This document shows positions 37,078 to 45,832 of a stretch of 64,000 bases of DNA, in pieces. The DNA is from Oscillospiraceae bacterium. GTDB lineage: Bacteria; Bacillota; Clostridia; Oscillospirales; Oscillospiraceae. The translations under genes were made by a program, and so were the position numbers. The notes below the pieces were generated by a model. It was not told where the DNA came from, did no database searches, and worked only from the letters and a program-made list of their open reading frames with translations. The stretch covers positions 4,650 to 68,649 of the forward strand of contig JAJQEJ010000055.1 of the NCBI GenBank assembly GCA_021201735.1, read 5' to 3'. Position 1 is the stretch's first letter. Each line of letters begins with the position of its first letter.

Positions 37078-39226
37078 TACCTTTGTAGAATCTTTGGATC
37101 AGGCAGCCGATGCGCCTGACGATCCTTTCGAGGACGATGGTACGGTTGCAGACCGCCTGCGCGTACAAGAGCTCATCTACTCTCAGGACCCCAACGGCGG
37201 TACAGGCAAAGTAAGAACCCTACACACGATTGATGAAGATGCGCAATACTTTGATCTCTATCTCACCACGCTCCCTTTCTATGCGACAACCAATGACAGG
37301 CAGATTTCATCTCCCATTTCGGGCTATACCCTATACACCGCATTCCCCAATGGAAATACGAATAACTGCTGCTGTTACCAGTGGGGTTCCCCTGCTTTTT
37401 TAACCACTTTGTTTGACGACTTTGAAGGGTTCTATCAACTTTACAACGATTCCAGTAGTGAAAATGGCAATGAGGCAAGCCGGTTTTTCTTCTTTGCCCG
37501 CAATTCCTATGAGATTGAATTTTATTATACCGACTATGAGACTGGGAAAAGTGCGAAAGAAGCGACAGAGTCGATCAAATTCGGCGCCTCGATCCAGGAT
37601 CGGTATTGGGAGCCTGATACCCCCGCCAATGTCGTCTTCGAGGGCTGGTATCTGGATTCTCACCTTACGCAGCCCTTTACGTTTGAAAATGCTACCATGC
37701 CCGCAAGCAGCGCCGCCAGCGGCATCTCCCTGAATCTGTACGCAAAATATCGGGTTGAGGATTACGGCGCTACCTTCCTGGAGAAAAAGAACGGCGATAC
37801 GGTGGCCACCGAAGCCTTTTCCGCGGGCAGCACCATATCTGACCCTGCGCTTTATGAGATTGGCGAAGCTTATGAGGGGCTTGGCGTATTTCTAGGCTGG
37901 TACTATACATCGGCCTCCGGCCAGGATGTTGTGTTTCATTTTCAAACGTTGTTGAATGATGATATTGAGCTTTTTGGCCTGTGGCAGACGACCGGTTTTA
38001 CTGTTGCCTACGATTTAAATGGCGGCACCGGGAGCCGTCCCGTGGATAATAACAAGTATATTTTGGATAATCTCGCCCGGGTTGCCTCGCTGAGCGGCGT
38101 GTACAAGACAGTGTCCGACACGGTATATCTCTTCGCCGGCTGGACCCTCAACCCCGACGGAAGCGGCACGATCTATTATCCCGGTACCACGGTTTCTGTC
38201 TACGGCGACATGACCCTGTATGCCCGGTATGTCTCTGCGATCTCACCCGTGACTTTAAACTATCACCAAAACACCTCGTCCTCTGACGCCGTGCAGACTG
38301 CATGGGTTATGAATATGGGAGATGACGTCAGCTTGCCCAGCGCAAGCACTCTGGGCTATTCATACAGCGGCTATGCTTTCCTCGGCTGGTCCAGAGACCC
38401 CGAAGCGACGGAGCCCGACAGTGGGCTGACGGCGGGAGGACAACTGACCATATTGGAAGATACGGACCTTTACGCTGTTTGGAACCGTGGCGCTTTTACT
38501 GTCGTCTATTATCAAAATCGAAGCGCCACTGATGAACGTTATTACGAGAAACCTGCCCTTCAGGATGAGGTGATTATCCATCCTGCTGCAAGCGACTTGT
38601 CCTTTACCAGAACCGGTCATTCCTTCCTCGGCTGGTCTCTCAGCGCTACAGCTGCCCAGCCCGATAGCGGCATGAATGCAGGAGACGCTATGACGGTTGT
38701 TTCCAATGTCTCTCTTTATGCGGTGTGGGAAAAGAGTACATCCGGCGGTGGAACGGGTTCCACCACCCCCCCGGTGACTGAGGAGCCGGAATCTTCCATT
38801 GACCCTGTGCCTCCGGAAATTCAGGAGTCGGAAAATTCGGAGGAATCGGAATCGCCAGAAACGTCTGGAAACATTGATTCTTCGGGTACGCCAACAGAAG
38901 CCGTGCATCCCAGCAGATCTCCGGACACCCATGACCAGAACAATACACTGGTAGAAACGAATGATGGGAATTATATCGAGATAGATGATGCAGGGGTTCC
39001 TCTGGGCGTTTGGACGCCCAACGAGGATGGCACAGATTGGGTGTTTGTTGATATCGCTGACTGGGATACACCCCTATCCGAATATCAATATTCGACTCAG
39101 AATTCGCCTCAGGCACTTCCAAAGACAGGTAGTTCGCTGCCGGCTGTCCTGCTTTGCATCGGTTTTGCCCTATGTCTTGTTGGCCTTCTTCTTAGAAAAG
39201 GAAAGAATGCCAACAACGGATGCTAG
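37055..39226 (+). CDS. Surface protein, C-terminal part with LPXTG sortase signal; downstream half of the split gene
   Basis: The frame is open from 36977. The first ATG (37055) has no RBS and no signal peptide. It has multiple Flg_new repeats (FAGWTLNPDGSGTIYYPG..LYARY; FLGWSRDPEATEPD..LYAVW). The C-terminus is LPKTGSSLPAVLLCIGFALCLVGLLLRKGKN. Confidence 0.65.
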   Translation: MSIARFNNTFVESLDQAADAPDDPFEDDGTVADRLRVQELIYSQDPNGGTGKVRTLHTIDEDAQYFDLYLTTLPFYATTNDRQISSPISGYTLYTAFPNGNTNNCCCYQWGSPAFLTTLFDDFEGFYQLYNDSSSENGNEASRFFFFARNSYEIEFYYTDYETGKSAKEATESIKFGASIQDRYWEPDTPANVVFEGWYLDSHLTQPFTFENATMPASSAASGISLNLYAKYRVEDYGATFLEKKNGDTVATEAFSAGSTISDPALYEIGEAYEGLGVFLGWYYTSASGQDVVFHFQTLLNDDIELFGLWQTTGFTVAYDLNGGTGSRPVDNNKYILDNLARVASLSGVYKTVSDTVYLFAGWTLNPDGSGTIYYPGTTVSVYGDMTLYARYVSAISPVTLNYHQNTSSSDAVQTAWVMNMGDDVSLPSASTLGYSYSGYAFLGWSRDPEATEPDSGLTAGGQLTILEDTDLYAVWNRGAFTVVYYQNRSATDERYYEKPALQDEVIIHPAASDLSFTRTGHSFLGWSLSATAAQPDSGMNAGDAMTVVSNVSLYAVWEKSTSGGGTGSTTPPVTEEPESSIDPVPPEIQESENSEESESPETSGNIDSSGTPTEAVHPSRSPDTHDQNNTLVETNDGNYIEIDDAGVPLGVWTPNEDGTDWVFVDIADWDTPLSEYQYSTQNSPQALPKTGSSLPAVLLCIGFALCLVGLLLRKGKNANNGC

Positions 39227-39274
39227 CTTAACAGATATTCCAAATCAAACTTTATATGAAATTAGGAGAATTAT

Positions 39275-40972
39275 TTGAAAAATCAAAGCAATCAGAAACT
39301 GTCCTTTGCCGACCTTTCCCTTCCCGCGCCGCTGCTGCGGGCATTGGAGGACACAAATTACACCGAGGCCACAACCATCCAGTCCGCCGCTATTCCACTG
39401 CTGCTAGACGGGCAGGACATCATCGGATACAGCAGCACGGGCACAGGCAAGACCGCCGCATTCGGCATTCCAGCGGTCGCCTGCGTAGACGGGGCGCTCA
39501 AGCGCCCACAGGTTTTGGTCCTCTCCCCCACCCGCGAGCTCGCCCTGCAGATCACCAAGGAGCTGCAAAAGTTCGCCAAATATAAGGAGGGCATCGCCGT
39601 TGCAACGCTGTACGGCGGCGCTTCCATGACCGATCAGATCCGCCAGCTCAAGCGGGCAAATATCGTTGTGGGTACGCCGGGCCGTGTAATGGATCACATG
39701 CGACGCAGAACCCTGAAGCTCGATGAGATCAAAATGGCCGTACTCGACGAGGCCGACGAGATGCTCAGCATGGGTTTTATAGAGGATATCCAGCTCATCC
39801 TGTCTGAAACGCCGGAGGAGCGGCAAACGGTGCTGTTCTCCGCGACGATGTCCGCCCCGATCCTGAAAATCGCGCGGGAATTTCTCAAAAATCCACAGAC
39901 GGTCGACGTGATCACCGGGCAAGACAATCAGGCGGATATCAAGCAGACGTATTACTACGTGTCTCAGCACGACAAGCAGGCGGCGCTTACCCTTCTGCTG
40001 CGGTACTCTGACGCGCAGCGCGCCATGGTTTTCTGTAATACGAAATCTATGGTGGATGAGCTTTCGGGCGCTCTGCGCAAACAGGGATTTTCCGCCGCGG
40101 GACTGCACGGTGATATGAACCAGGCGGTGCGTACGCAGGTGATGAACCGTTTCCGCACCGGCGGCACCGGCATTCTGATCGCGACAGATGTCGCCGCGCG
40201 TGGTATCGATGTGGACGATGTCGATACCGTCATTAACTTTGACCTGCCGCAGAGCTTTGAGTATTATGTCCACCGCATCGGACGCACCGGGCGCGCGGGC
40301 AAGCAGGGGTTGTCCCAGACCTTGGTCTGTAACGGCAAGCAGGTTGCCGTGCTCCGCTCTCTGATGCGGTTTACCGGCAAAGAGATTGTGAAGCAATCCC
40401 TGCCCACCAGCGCCGATCTCATGAACCACGCGGTCGAAAAAACCGCCGCAGAGCTGACGGATATGGTTCATCAGCCCTCCGGCGCCGCCGCCAAAATGCT
40501 GGTCGATCAGCTCCTCTGCGCAGAGGGTGGCGACTCCACCGCCTATGAAATCGCCTGTACCTTGGCGGAAAAGCTGCTCGGCGGCGACAAGGCCTTTCAG
40601 AGCGTGTCCACCAAGGAGGAGCCCGTCCGACGCAGCACGCCGGGACAAGATCACAAATCCCCCATGGTCACAGTCATCGCCAGCATTGGCCGCAATGCCC
40701 ACATCACCCCGAACCATCTGGTGGGTACCCTGGCAGAGCTGCTGGATATCCCGGGCCGTTCCATCGGGAAAATTGACATCCGCGAGGATAAAAGCAGCAT
40801 TGGCATGCGGGAAGACTTCGCCATGGCGCTGATGCACCATAACACCCCTGTCCGCATTAAGGGGACCGAGGTCACCTTTACCGTCCAGAAAAGCACACGC
40901 CGTGCCCCCAGCCCCGTGCACAGAAGGTTTTCAGGGAATGCAAAGACAGGCAAGAGGAATCAGTCCGCATAA
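39275..40972 (+). CDS. DEAD-box ATP-dependent RNA helicase with DbpA-type C-terminal RNA-binding domain
   Basis: Q motif FADLSL..TTIQ, SSTGTGKTAAF, DEADEML, SAT, HRIGRTGRAG. The C-terminus VTVIASIGRNAHITPNHLVGTLAE..IGKIDIRED is DbpA-RBD-like. TTG start with an AGGAGA RBS. Confidence 0.9.
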   Translation: MKNQSNQKLSFADLSLPAPLLRALEDTNYTEATTIQSAAIPLLLDGQDIIGYSSTGTGKTAAFGIPAVACVDGALKRPQVLVLSPTRELALQITKELQKFAKYKEGIAVATLYGGASMTDQIRQLKRANIVVGTPGRVMDHMRRRTLKLDEIKMAVLDEADEMLSMGFIEDIQLILSETPEERQTVLFSATMSAPILKIAREFLKNPQTVDVITGQDNQADIKQTYYYVSQHDKQAALTLLLRYSDAQRAMVFCNTKSMVDELSGALRKQGFSAAGLHGDMNQAVRTQVMNRFRTGGTGILIATDVAARGIDVDDVDTVINFDLPQSFEYYVHRIGRTGRAGKQGLSQTLVCNGKQVAVLRSLMRFTGKEIVKQSLPTSADLMNHAVEKTAAELTDMVHQPSGAAAKMLVDQLLCAEGGDSTAYEIACTLAEKLLGGDKAFQSVSTKEEPVRRSTPGQDHKSPMVTVIASIGRNAHITPNHLVGTLAELLDIPGRSIGKIDIREDKSSIGMREDFAMALMHHNTPVRIKGTEVTFTVQKSTRRAPSPVHRRFSGNAKTGKRNQSA

Positions 40973-40988
40973 TACGGATGATAAATAA

Positions 40989-41024
40989 GTCGCGCTTCAG
41001 AGCACCACTGCTCTGAAGCGCGAC
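40989..41024. terminator. Bidirectional terminator between convergent genes
   Basis: A 16-bp stem, GTCGCGCTTCAGAGCA ccac TGCTCTGAAGCGCGAC, with AAATTTTT downstream. Confidence 0.8.
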
Positions 41025-41041
41025 CAAATTTTTGCTCTATT

Positions 41042-43498
41042 TTAATCAGTATCTATTTGAACCGAGAACAGGTGCAGAATTTTTGCAATTTCCGCACGGG
41101 TTGCAGTCCCTTGCGGAACGAATTCAGTTGCGGTGCGGCCATGCATCCATCCACTGCCGACACACCAGCGCACCATCGGCAGCGCCCAGTCCGATACCGA
41201 CTGCGCATCTGAATAACGGGATAGATCGCCGGTGGCCGTGACGGATACTCCCTTATACGCCGCATAGCGGTATAAGATGGTTGCCATCTGTTCCCGCGTC
41301 AGAGCGTCCATGGGGCCATAGACGCCTGCTCCATAACCCTCGATAATACCGTAATTTGCAGCCCAAGTCACAGCCTCGGTATACCATGTTCCCTGTTCTA
41401 CATCAGAAAACGGATTTTGGTAAGCTGACACCTCCGGCTGGCACTCCATCGCATACAGTATTGTCACCATCATAGCCCGGTTTAGCAGCCCATCCGGCTC
41501 AAATTGCGTTTCAGTGACACCATCCATATACCCGTTCTCCAGCATAGAGAGGATATCCTCATAAGCCCAGTGCGCGTCAATATCAGTGAACGCCGCGATA
41601 TCAATGCGCCACTTTGCATAGAGCGTGAGACGCTCTGTGACCGGCGCATCAAAGTCATAGCCTGTCATGCCGCAGGGATCCAGATACCAGCCATCGAAAA
41701 AATAACCCGCGCGCGTAGGATCTTCCGGCTTCTGCACGAGGCCGTTCTCCACGACTCTTTGCTGCGCTACCGGACTGCCGCCCTGCGTATCAAAATATAC
41801 GGTATATTGGGTTGTCGTGTCCGTCGTGGCTTTTGAGCCGCCGTAGCTCTTACTCACAATCTCACTTGGTGTCTCACTTGGCGTCTCACCTGCGCTTTCA
41901 AACCTTGCCCACAAGGTGTAATCCGTCGTGGCGGTAACAGGAATAGAAGTGACCTCAGTTCCCCCTATCTCCGCGTCAAACCAGCCGATAAAGTGATCCG
42001 CAGGATCCGGCGCATTGAAGCTCTCAACGCCAAAGTGCTCATAATAGGTGGCCGGGTTATTCGCGGACTGTCCATCGGCAAGGCCGAGATACGTGATGCT
42101 GTGTTCCGCTGCCAGGCCTAAAATCGCCTCATCGTTGCTCTCATTGCCATAGACATAGTATCCTTCCCCAAAGGCGACCGGGGCAAGAAAGGCGTCATAG
42201 TCACCATCCTGCATGGCATAGCCTGTTCCCGACACAGCGACGGTCAGCGGGACGTCCGCCTGCGCAACATAGTCGGAGGCCTCCAACTGAATGACGGCGC
42301 TGTCACCCAGCGCATCGGCAACCACGGGTACATCGTCTACGCGATTGAAATACAGTCCATCCGTGATTGTGATTGACTCCGATAGATTGAGCACGCCCCC
42401 TTCCCCGATATAAACACCGTCGCCCATGCCGGACTGATTACCGGTGATGGAGGCCGCGCCGCGCATCGTCAAGCTGTCCCCGCTAGTTTTCAGGTAGACA
42501 CCGCCGCCTATACCGGTATCATCGGATACGATGTTATCACAAATTGTGGCATTGTCTGTCATCGTAACCGTTGACTGCTGGGAAAACACGCCGCCGCCTG
42601 CTGTATTCGCCGCCGTATTCCCGCTGATACGTGCATTGCCAGCCATATTCAGGGTGGCTGCGGCTAAGCCAACGCCGCCACAGAAATACGCGGATGTGTT
42701 ATCGGTAATCTGCGCATCATAGTCCATATTCAGGGTACAGCCTGTAGACAAAAATATCCCGCCTGCATAGCTCGATGCACCTGTCGCTGTATTATTTGAG
42801 ATGGTAGGTGTATCGCCCTCACTCAGGCCCATAGTAACCGTACTGGCCCCGGCGGCTAGAACGCCAACGCCGGCATACGCAGCCTCATTACCTGAAATAG
42901 ACGCCTGCTCTGTCATGACAAGCTCTGCGCCATACAAATCCACGCCAATGGAGCTGTTCGCCGAGATAGACGAATCTCCGCGCATGGTCACCGTACCGCC
43001 ATAGGAGTATACGGCACAGTTGAGATGGACGCCGGTAATCAGTCCTCCGTTCATGATGAATGCGCCATTTGTGCTCTTAACTGCGTTGTTTGCACTGTTG
43101 CTGTAGACATTTTGCAAAACGGCACCGTCATTCATCACGAATGTGGATGCGTTCACATTGACCAACGTCATATATGCTCCATTCCCATCCAAAGTGGTAT
43201 TCTCTAACGTCAATGTCGCACCACTTGTCACAGAAAACATGGTTCCGTTGGCGGCACCAACCCAGGTAATCGTAGCACCATCCGATATAATTTCGACATC
43301 ATAGTTGATTGTATAGGTTGATGTTAAGGTCATGTCCGCTGAAATTGTAATAGCCGATTCACTATTTGTAATAGCAGCGCTGAAATCCGATTCATCTGAG
43401 ACAGAAACAGCGCTTGCTGGTATGATCATGCACACAAAACATAAAACAAAAGCGATCAAAACCAACAGTGCAAAACTTTGTTTGCGCTTAAATATCAT
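41042..43498 (-). CDS. Secreted beta-helix surface protein with one Flg_new repeat and three C-terminal SLH domains
   Basis: Signal peptide MIFKRKQSFALLVLIAFVLCFVCMIIPASA. A beta-helix region with GG[VI] turns. YTVYFDTQGG..GYFFDGWYLD..LYAKW. SLH motifs: FTDIDAHWAYEDI, FSDVEQGTWYTEAV..LTREQMATILYR, YSDAQSVSDWA..ATRAEIAKIL. Confidence 0.9.
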   Translation of the reverse strand: MIFKRKQSFALLVLIAFVLCFVCMIIPASAVSVSDESDFSAAITNSESAITISADMTLTSTYTINYDVEIISDGATITWVGAANGTMFSVTSGATLTLENTTLDGNGAYMTLVNVNASTFVMNDGAVLQNVYSNSANNAVKSTNGAFIMNGGLITGVHLNCAVYSYGGTVTMRGDSSISANSSIGVDLYGAELVMTEQASISGNEAAYAGVGVLAAGASTVTMGLSEGDTPTISNNTATGASSYAGGIFLSTGCTLNMDYDAQITDNTSAYFCGGVGLAAATLNMAGNARISGNTAANTAGGGVFSQQSTVTMTDNATICDNIVSDDTGIGGGVYLKTSGDSLTMRGAASITGNQSGMGDGVYIGEGGVLNLSESITITDGLYFNRVDDVPVVADALGDSAVIQLEASDYVAQADVPLTVAVSGTGYAMQDGDYDAFLAPVAFGEGYYVYGNESNDEAILGLAAEHSITYLGLADGQSANNPATYYEHFGVESFNAPDPADHFIGWFDAEIGGTEVTSIPVTATTDYTLWARFESAGETPSETPSEIVSKSYGGSKATTDTTTQYTVYFDTQGGSPVAQQRVVENGLVQKPEDPTRAGYFFDGWYLDPCGMTGYDFDAPVTERLTLYAKWRIDIAAFTDIDAHWAYEDILSMLENGYMDGVTETQFEPDGLLNRAMMVTILYAMECQPEVSAYQNPFSDVEQGTWYTEAVTWAANYGIIEGYGAGVYGPMDALTREQMATILYRYAAYKGVSVTATGDLSRYSDAQSVSDWALPMVRWCVGSGWMHGRTATEFVPQGTATRAEIAKILHLFSVQIDTD

Positions 43499-43564
43499 AC
43501 ATATACCTCCCCGGTTATCATATTCCGGGCGGGTATATGATGTTCATATGCATCATCGCATCCG

Positions 43565-44392
43565 CTATACAGCACCGATGGGCGGTGGGAACGGTTTCCA
43601 CACCAGCGTGCCCGTAGAAGAAGCGGGAACAGCGTCACCGGCCGTTAACTTTCCCTCCAATTGCTTGAAGTCAGGTCTTGCTGCGGTATCCGTAAAAAAT
43701 GCCGCATGCGTCGCGTTCTTTCTCCTGTTGGCGTTTAACGACGCGATAATTTCGTCAGCGGTCGTGATGCCAATTCCGTGTCCGTAATAAAGCGCGTTGG
43801 GCAGTACGATGACATTCTCACCCTGCCATTGCGGCGTTTGGGGATTCACATCGTAATTCATAAAATATCCCCTGTCGCCCAGCAGCATATCATCTACCTT
43901 TTCCGGCAATCCCACCTGATACAGGAGCGGCTCGCGGATGACCCAGTTCATCAAATAAATTTGCGGAAACGTTGCATTGAACAGTTTTGCCCCATAAACC
44001 TCCAGCAACGCTTTATAATACACAATCATCATTGCAGTGGCACACTCGGTTGCGTATCTGCCTCCATTGATAAAAATATCGTTGATTGCAGCGGCAGGCT
44101 CCGCCCCGCGCTTCAAGCCGAACCCACCGTTGCCGGTTCTGTCCCAATACCGTGGATTGCAGCGGGCATTGTGAAAGTTAGAAAAATTCAGGTCGCTATC
44201 ATTGAGCGCATAGGCCGCATTGACAATTTCATTGCGCATATCGAGCTCAAATTTGAGCAAATTCAGGTCGTCGAACGGATAGTTTACACTGCTTTTCGAC
44301 ATCTGCTCCAGCAGCTTATTCTGTACGCTCGCTTCTGCAAACGTACGCTCTAATGTCGTGGTATCAAGCGGTGCACCCGCTACTGTAATCAT
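43565..44392 (-). CDS. tgl: Protein-glutamine gamma-glutamyltransferase (spore-coat transglutaminase Tgl family)
   Basis: Collinear with my recollection of B. subtilis Tgl: GRYATECATAMMIVYYKALLEVYGAKLFNATF vs PFYAFECATAIVIIYYLALIDTIGEDKFNASF (catalytic E-C), and QWQGENVIVLPNALYYGHGIGI vs QWRGENVILLGEDKYFAHGLGI. It has an extra ~35-aa C-terminal extension. Confidence 0.85.
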   Translation of the reverse strand: MITVAGAPLDTTTLERTFAEASVQNKLLEQMSKSSVNYPFDDLNLLKFELDMRNEIVNAAYALNDSDLNFSNFHNARCNPRYWDRTGNGGFGLKRGAEPAAAINDIFINGGRYATECATAMMIVYYKALLEVYGAKLFNATFPQIYLMNWVIREPLLYQVGLPEKVDDMLLGDRGYFMNYDVNPQTPQWQGENVIVLPNALYYGHGIGITTADEIIASLNANRRKNATHAAFFTDTAARPDFKQLEGKLTAGDAVPASSTGTLVWKPFPPPIGAV

Positions 44393-45153
44393 TGTGCCAC
44401 CTCCATTCCATTGTAGTCAACGCCCCATATGACCGGCCTTGAGGAATATTGGTATCCCAAGCCTGTAAAAAATAAAAACGGTTCATTCTTTTCCAGCCAT
44501 TGCATAAAACCAGCTCTGTCTGTCGGCATGTCTGTGTCCCCACTGCCAGTTCCTTCCCCCATATTGAGCAGGCGGCGCGCGAGTGCGTCCGCATCCGCAT
44601 TCTGTGATCCCAGCCGCTTTGCGACCAATTTAAGTGTTTCGGGATCTTTCGTTCTGAAGAACGACCAGATCAAATCGTGGATGCACTGCCCTCTTGCTTT
44701 GCGCGCAAATATGAGGTCACACACAATGGGCAGCACACGCTTCTCTGCATAGGTGTCAAGCAGAACCGAGCACACGATGTCCATTACTTTTTGAAACGTG
44801 CTGTCAAGCGCATGCGCAGCATGGCCTGTATGGAGCATCCAGAGCAATGTCTCATAAACCAAAACGCTGATCTCTGCGAGGTCAATATGCCGCCCCAACA
44901 CATCATCTGCTACCTCGTCAATGATTTTAGCCGCAGTCATGTTCCGTGTGCTTAAATGCTCCAACAGATCTTCGATTTCCGGCATGAGCAAGTACAGTGT
45001 TGAGAACGTCATTTTTACATCATTGAGCAGTGTCAGCGCCCCCTGCTTGTCGTTTCGCCGCACATGTTTAAATGCATTGATACATGCATCATTGCCATCC
45101 GTTTCTCTGATTTGTTCTAAGTTTAGAGCCCCTTCTGATGAATTGCCTTCCAT
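44389..45153 (-). CDS. Hypothetical helical protein, translationally coupled to tgl
   Basis: 254 aa from the ATG at 45153 (AGGGGGT RBS). Its stop overlaps the tgl start in ATGA. No signal peptide and no TM segment. I recognise no family. Confidence 0.6.
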   Translation of the reverse strand: MEGNSSEGALNLEQIRETDGNDACINAFKHVRRNDKQGALTLLNDVKMTFSTLYLLMPEIEDLLEHLSTRNMTAAKIIDEVADDVLGRHIDLAEISVLVYETLLWMLHTGHAAHALDSTFQKVMDIVCSVLLDTYAEKRVLPIVCDLIFARKARGQCIHDLIWSFFRTKDPETLKLVAKRLGSQNADADALARRLLNMGEGTGSGDTDMPTDRAGFMQWLEKNEPFLFFTGLGYQYSSRPVIWGVDYNGMEVAQ

Positions 45154-45281
45154 ACAATACCCCCTGCATTTTGGCATTTTAGAATATATTGTTATATACT
45201 ATTTAAAAAAGGGGTTTATGTCAGTTATTCTATATTCATCACCGTGATAAATTGGGGCAAACTATCTTTGAGGTGATAGCA

Positions 45282-45428
45282 ATGGACCCGAAGAAGAAAA
45301 AGTTTCAAGAAGTGATTGACGGTGACATGGACAAGCCGATCTCAAAAACCTATCCCGTGATCGACACAGACCTCGCGCGTGATAATATTGAAAATGACAT
45401 GCCGGCCGCCGATCTGGAAGATTTGTAG
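45282..45428 (+). CDS. Small ORF (48 aa), acidic; not in the ORF track
   Basis: MDPKKKKFQEVIDGDMDKPISKTYPVIDTDLARDNIENDMPAADLEDL. A GAGGTGA RBS lies 5 nt upstream, preceded by GGGCAAACTAT. Confidence 0.45.
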   Translation: MDPKKKKFQEVIDGDMDKPISKTYPVIDTDLARDNIENDMPAADLEDL

Positions 45429-45438
45429 AGGAGGTAGT

Positions 45439-45591
45439 ATGATGGCCAAAGACAGTCAATTGGATGCAAAACCTGTGCGGAAAAAGAAAGCGAACGGTGG
45501 TCAGACCATGGCGGAAAGCGCCTCTGACAACGGCAGCAACACCACAAAGAAGCAATCTGCAAGCCGCCATAAACCGGGCAGCGACAGGTAA
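45439..45591 (+). CDS. Small ORF (50 aa), basic, K/S/N/T-rich (minor-SASP-like composition)
   Basis: MMAKDSQLDAKPVRKKKANGGQTMAESASDNGSNTTKKQSASRHKPGSDR. A GAGGAGG RBS lies directly after the stop of the previous small ORF. The 70-aa ORF-track entry is an upstream extension in the same frame. Confidence 0.45.
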   Translation: MMAKDSQLDAKPVRKKKANGGQTMAESASDNGSNTTKKQSASRHKPGSDR

Positions 45592-45606
45592 TGCTTGCAC
45601 GAGCAC

Positions 45607-45643
45607 AAAAAACAGCCTCGCCACAAGGGCGGGGCTGTTTTTT
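45607..45643. terminator. Bidirectional terminator between convergent small ORFs
   Basis: AAAAAACAGCCTCGCC acaag GGCGGGGCTGTTTTTT, with an A-run and a T-run flanking a ~10-bp stem. Confidence 0.7.
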
Positions 45644-45654
45644 GGCATTTGCGG

Positions 45655-45780
45655 TTATCCGCGCGGCTTTGCCTTTTCTTTGGTGCGCTTTGCCTTGCCC
45701 TGGAGTTCAGGGACAGGGGGCGCGTCGTTTTTGGGCTTGGTGTGCGTGTATTCCGGGCGCTTCATACCCTGCTTTGCCAT
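45655..45780 (-). CDS. Small ORF (41 aa), very basic; not in the ORF track
   Basis: MAKQGMKRPEYTHTKPKNDAPPVPELQGKAKRTKEKAKPRG. A GAGGTGA RBS lies 6 nt upstream, preceded by the same GGGCAAACTAT motif as the ORF at 45282. Confidence 0.45.
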   Translation of the reverse strand: MAKQGMKRPEYTHTKPKNDAPPVPELQGKAKRTKEKAKPRG

Positions 45781-45832
45781 GATCAATCACCTCGCTATAG
45801 TTTGCCCGGAGAAACGGTTTATATAGCCGATA

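Noticed and set aside
45154-45281. A sigma-K/sigma-E promoter upstream of the tgl operon, to parallel B. subtilis tgl
   Set aside because: The best candidates (AC-17-CAAAatgCA and AC-17-TAAAtagTA) have two mismatches in the CATA core, so there is not enough to claim a promoter.
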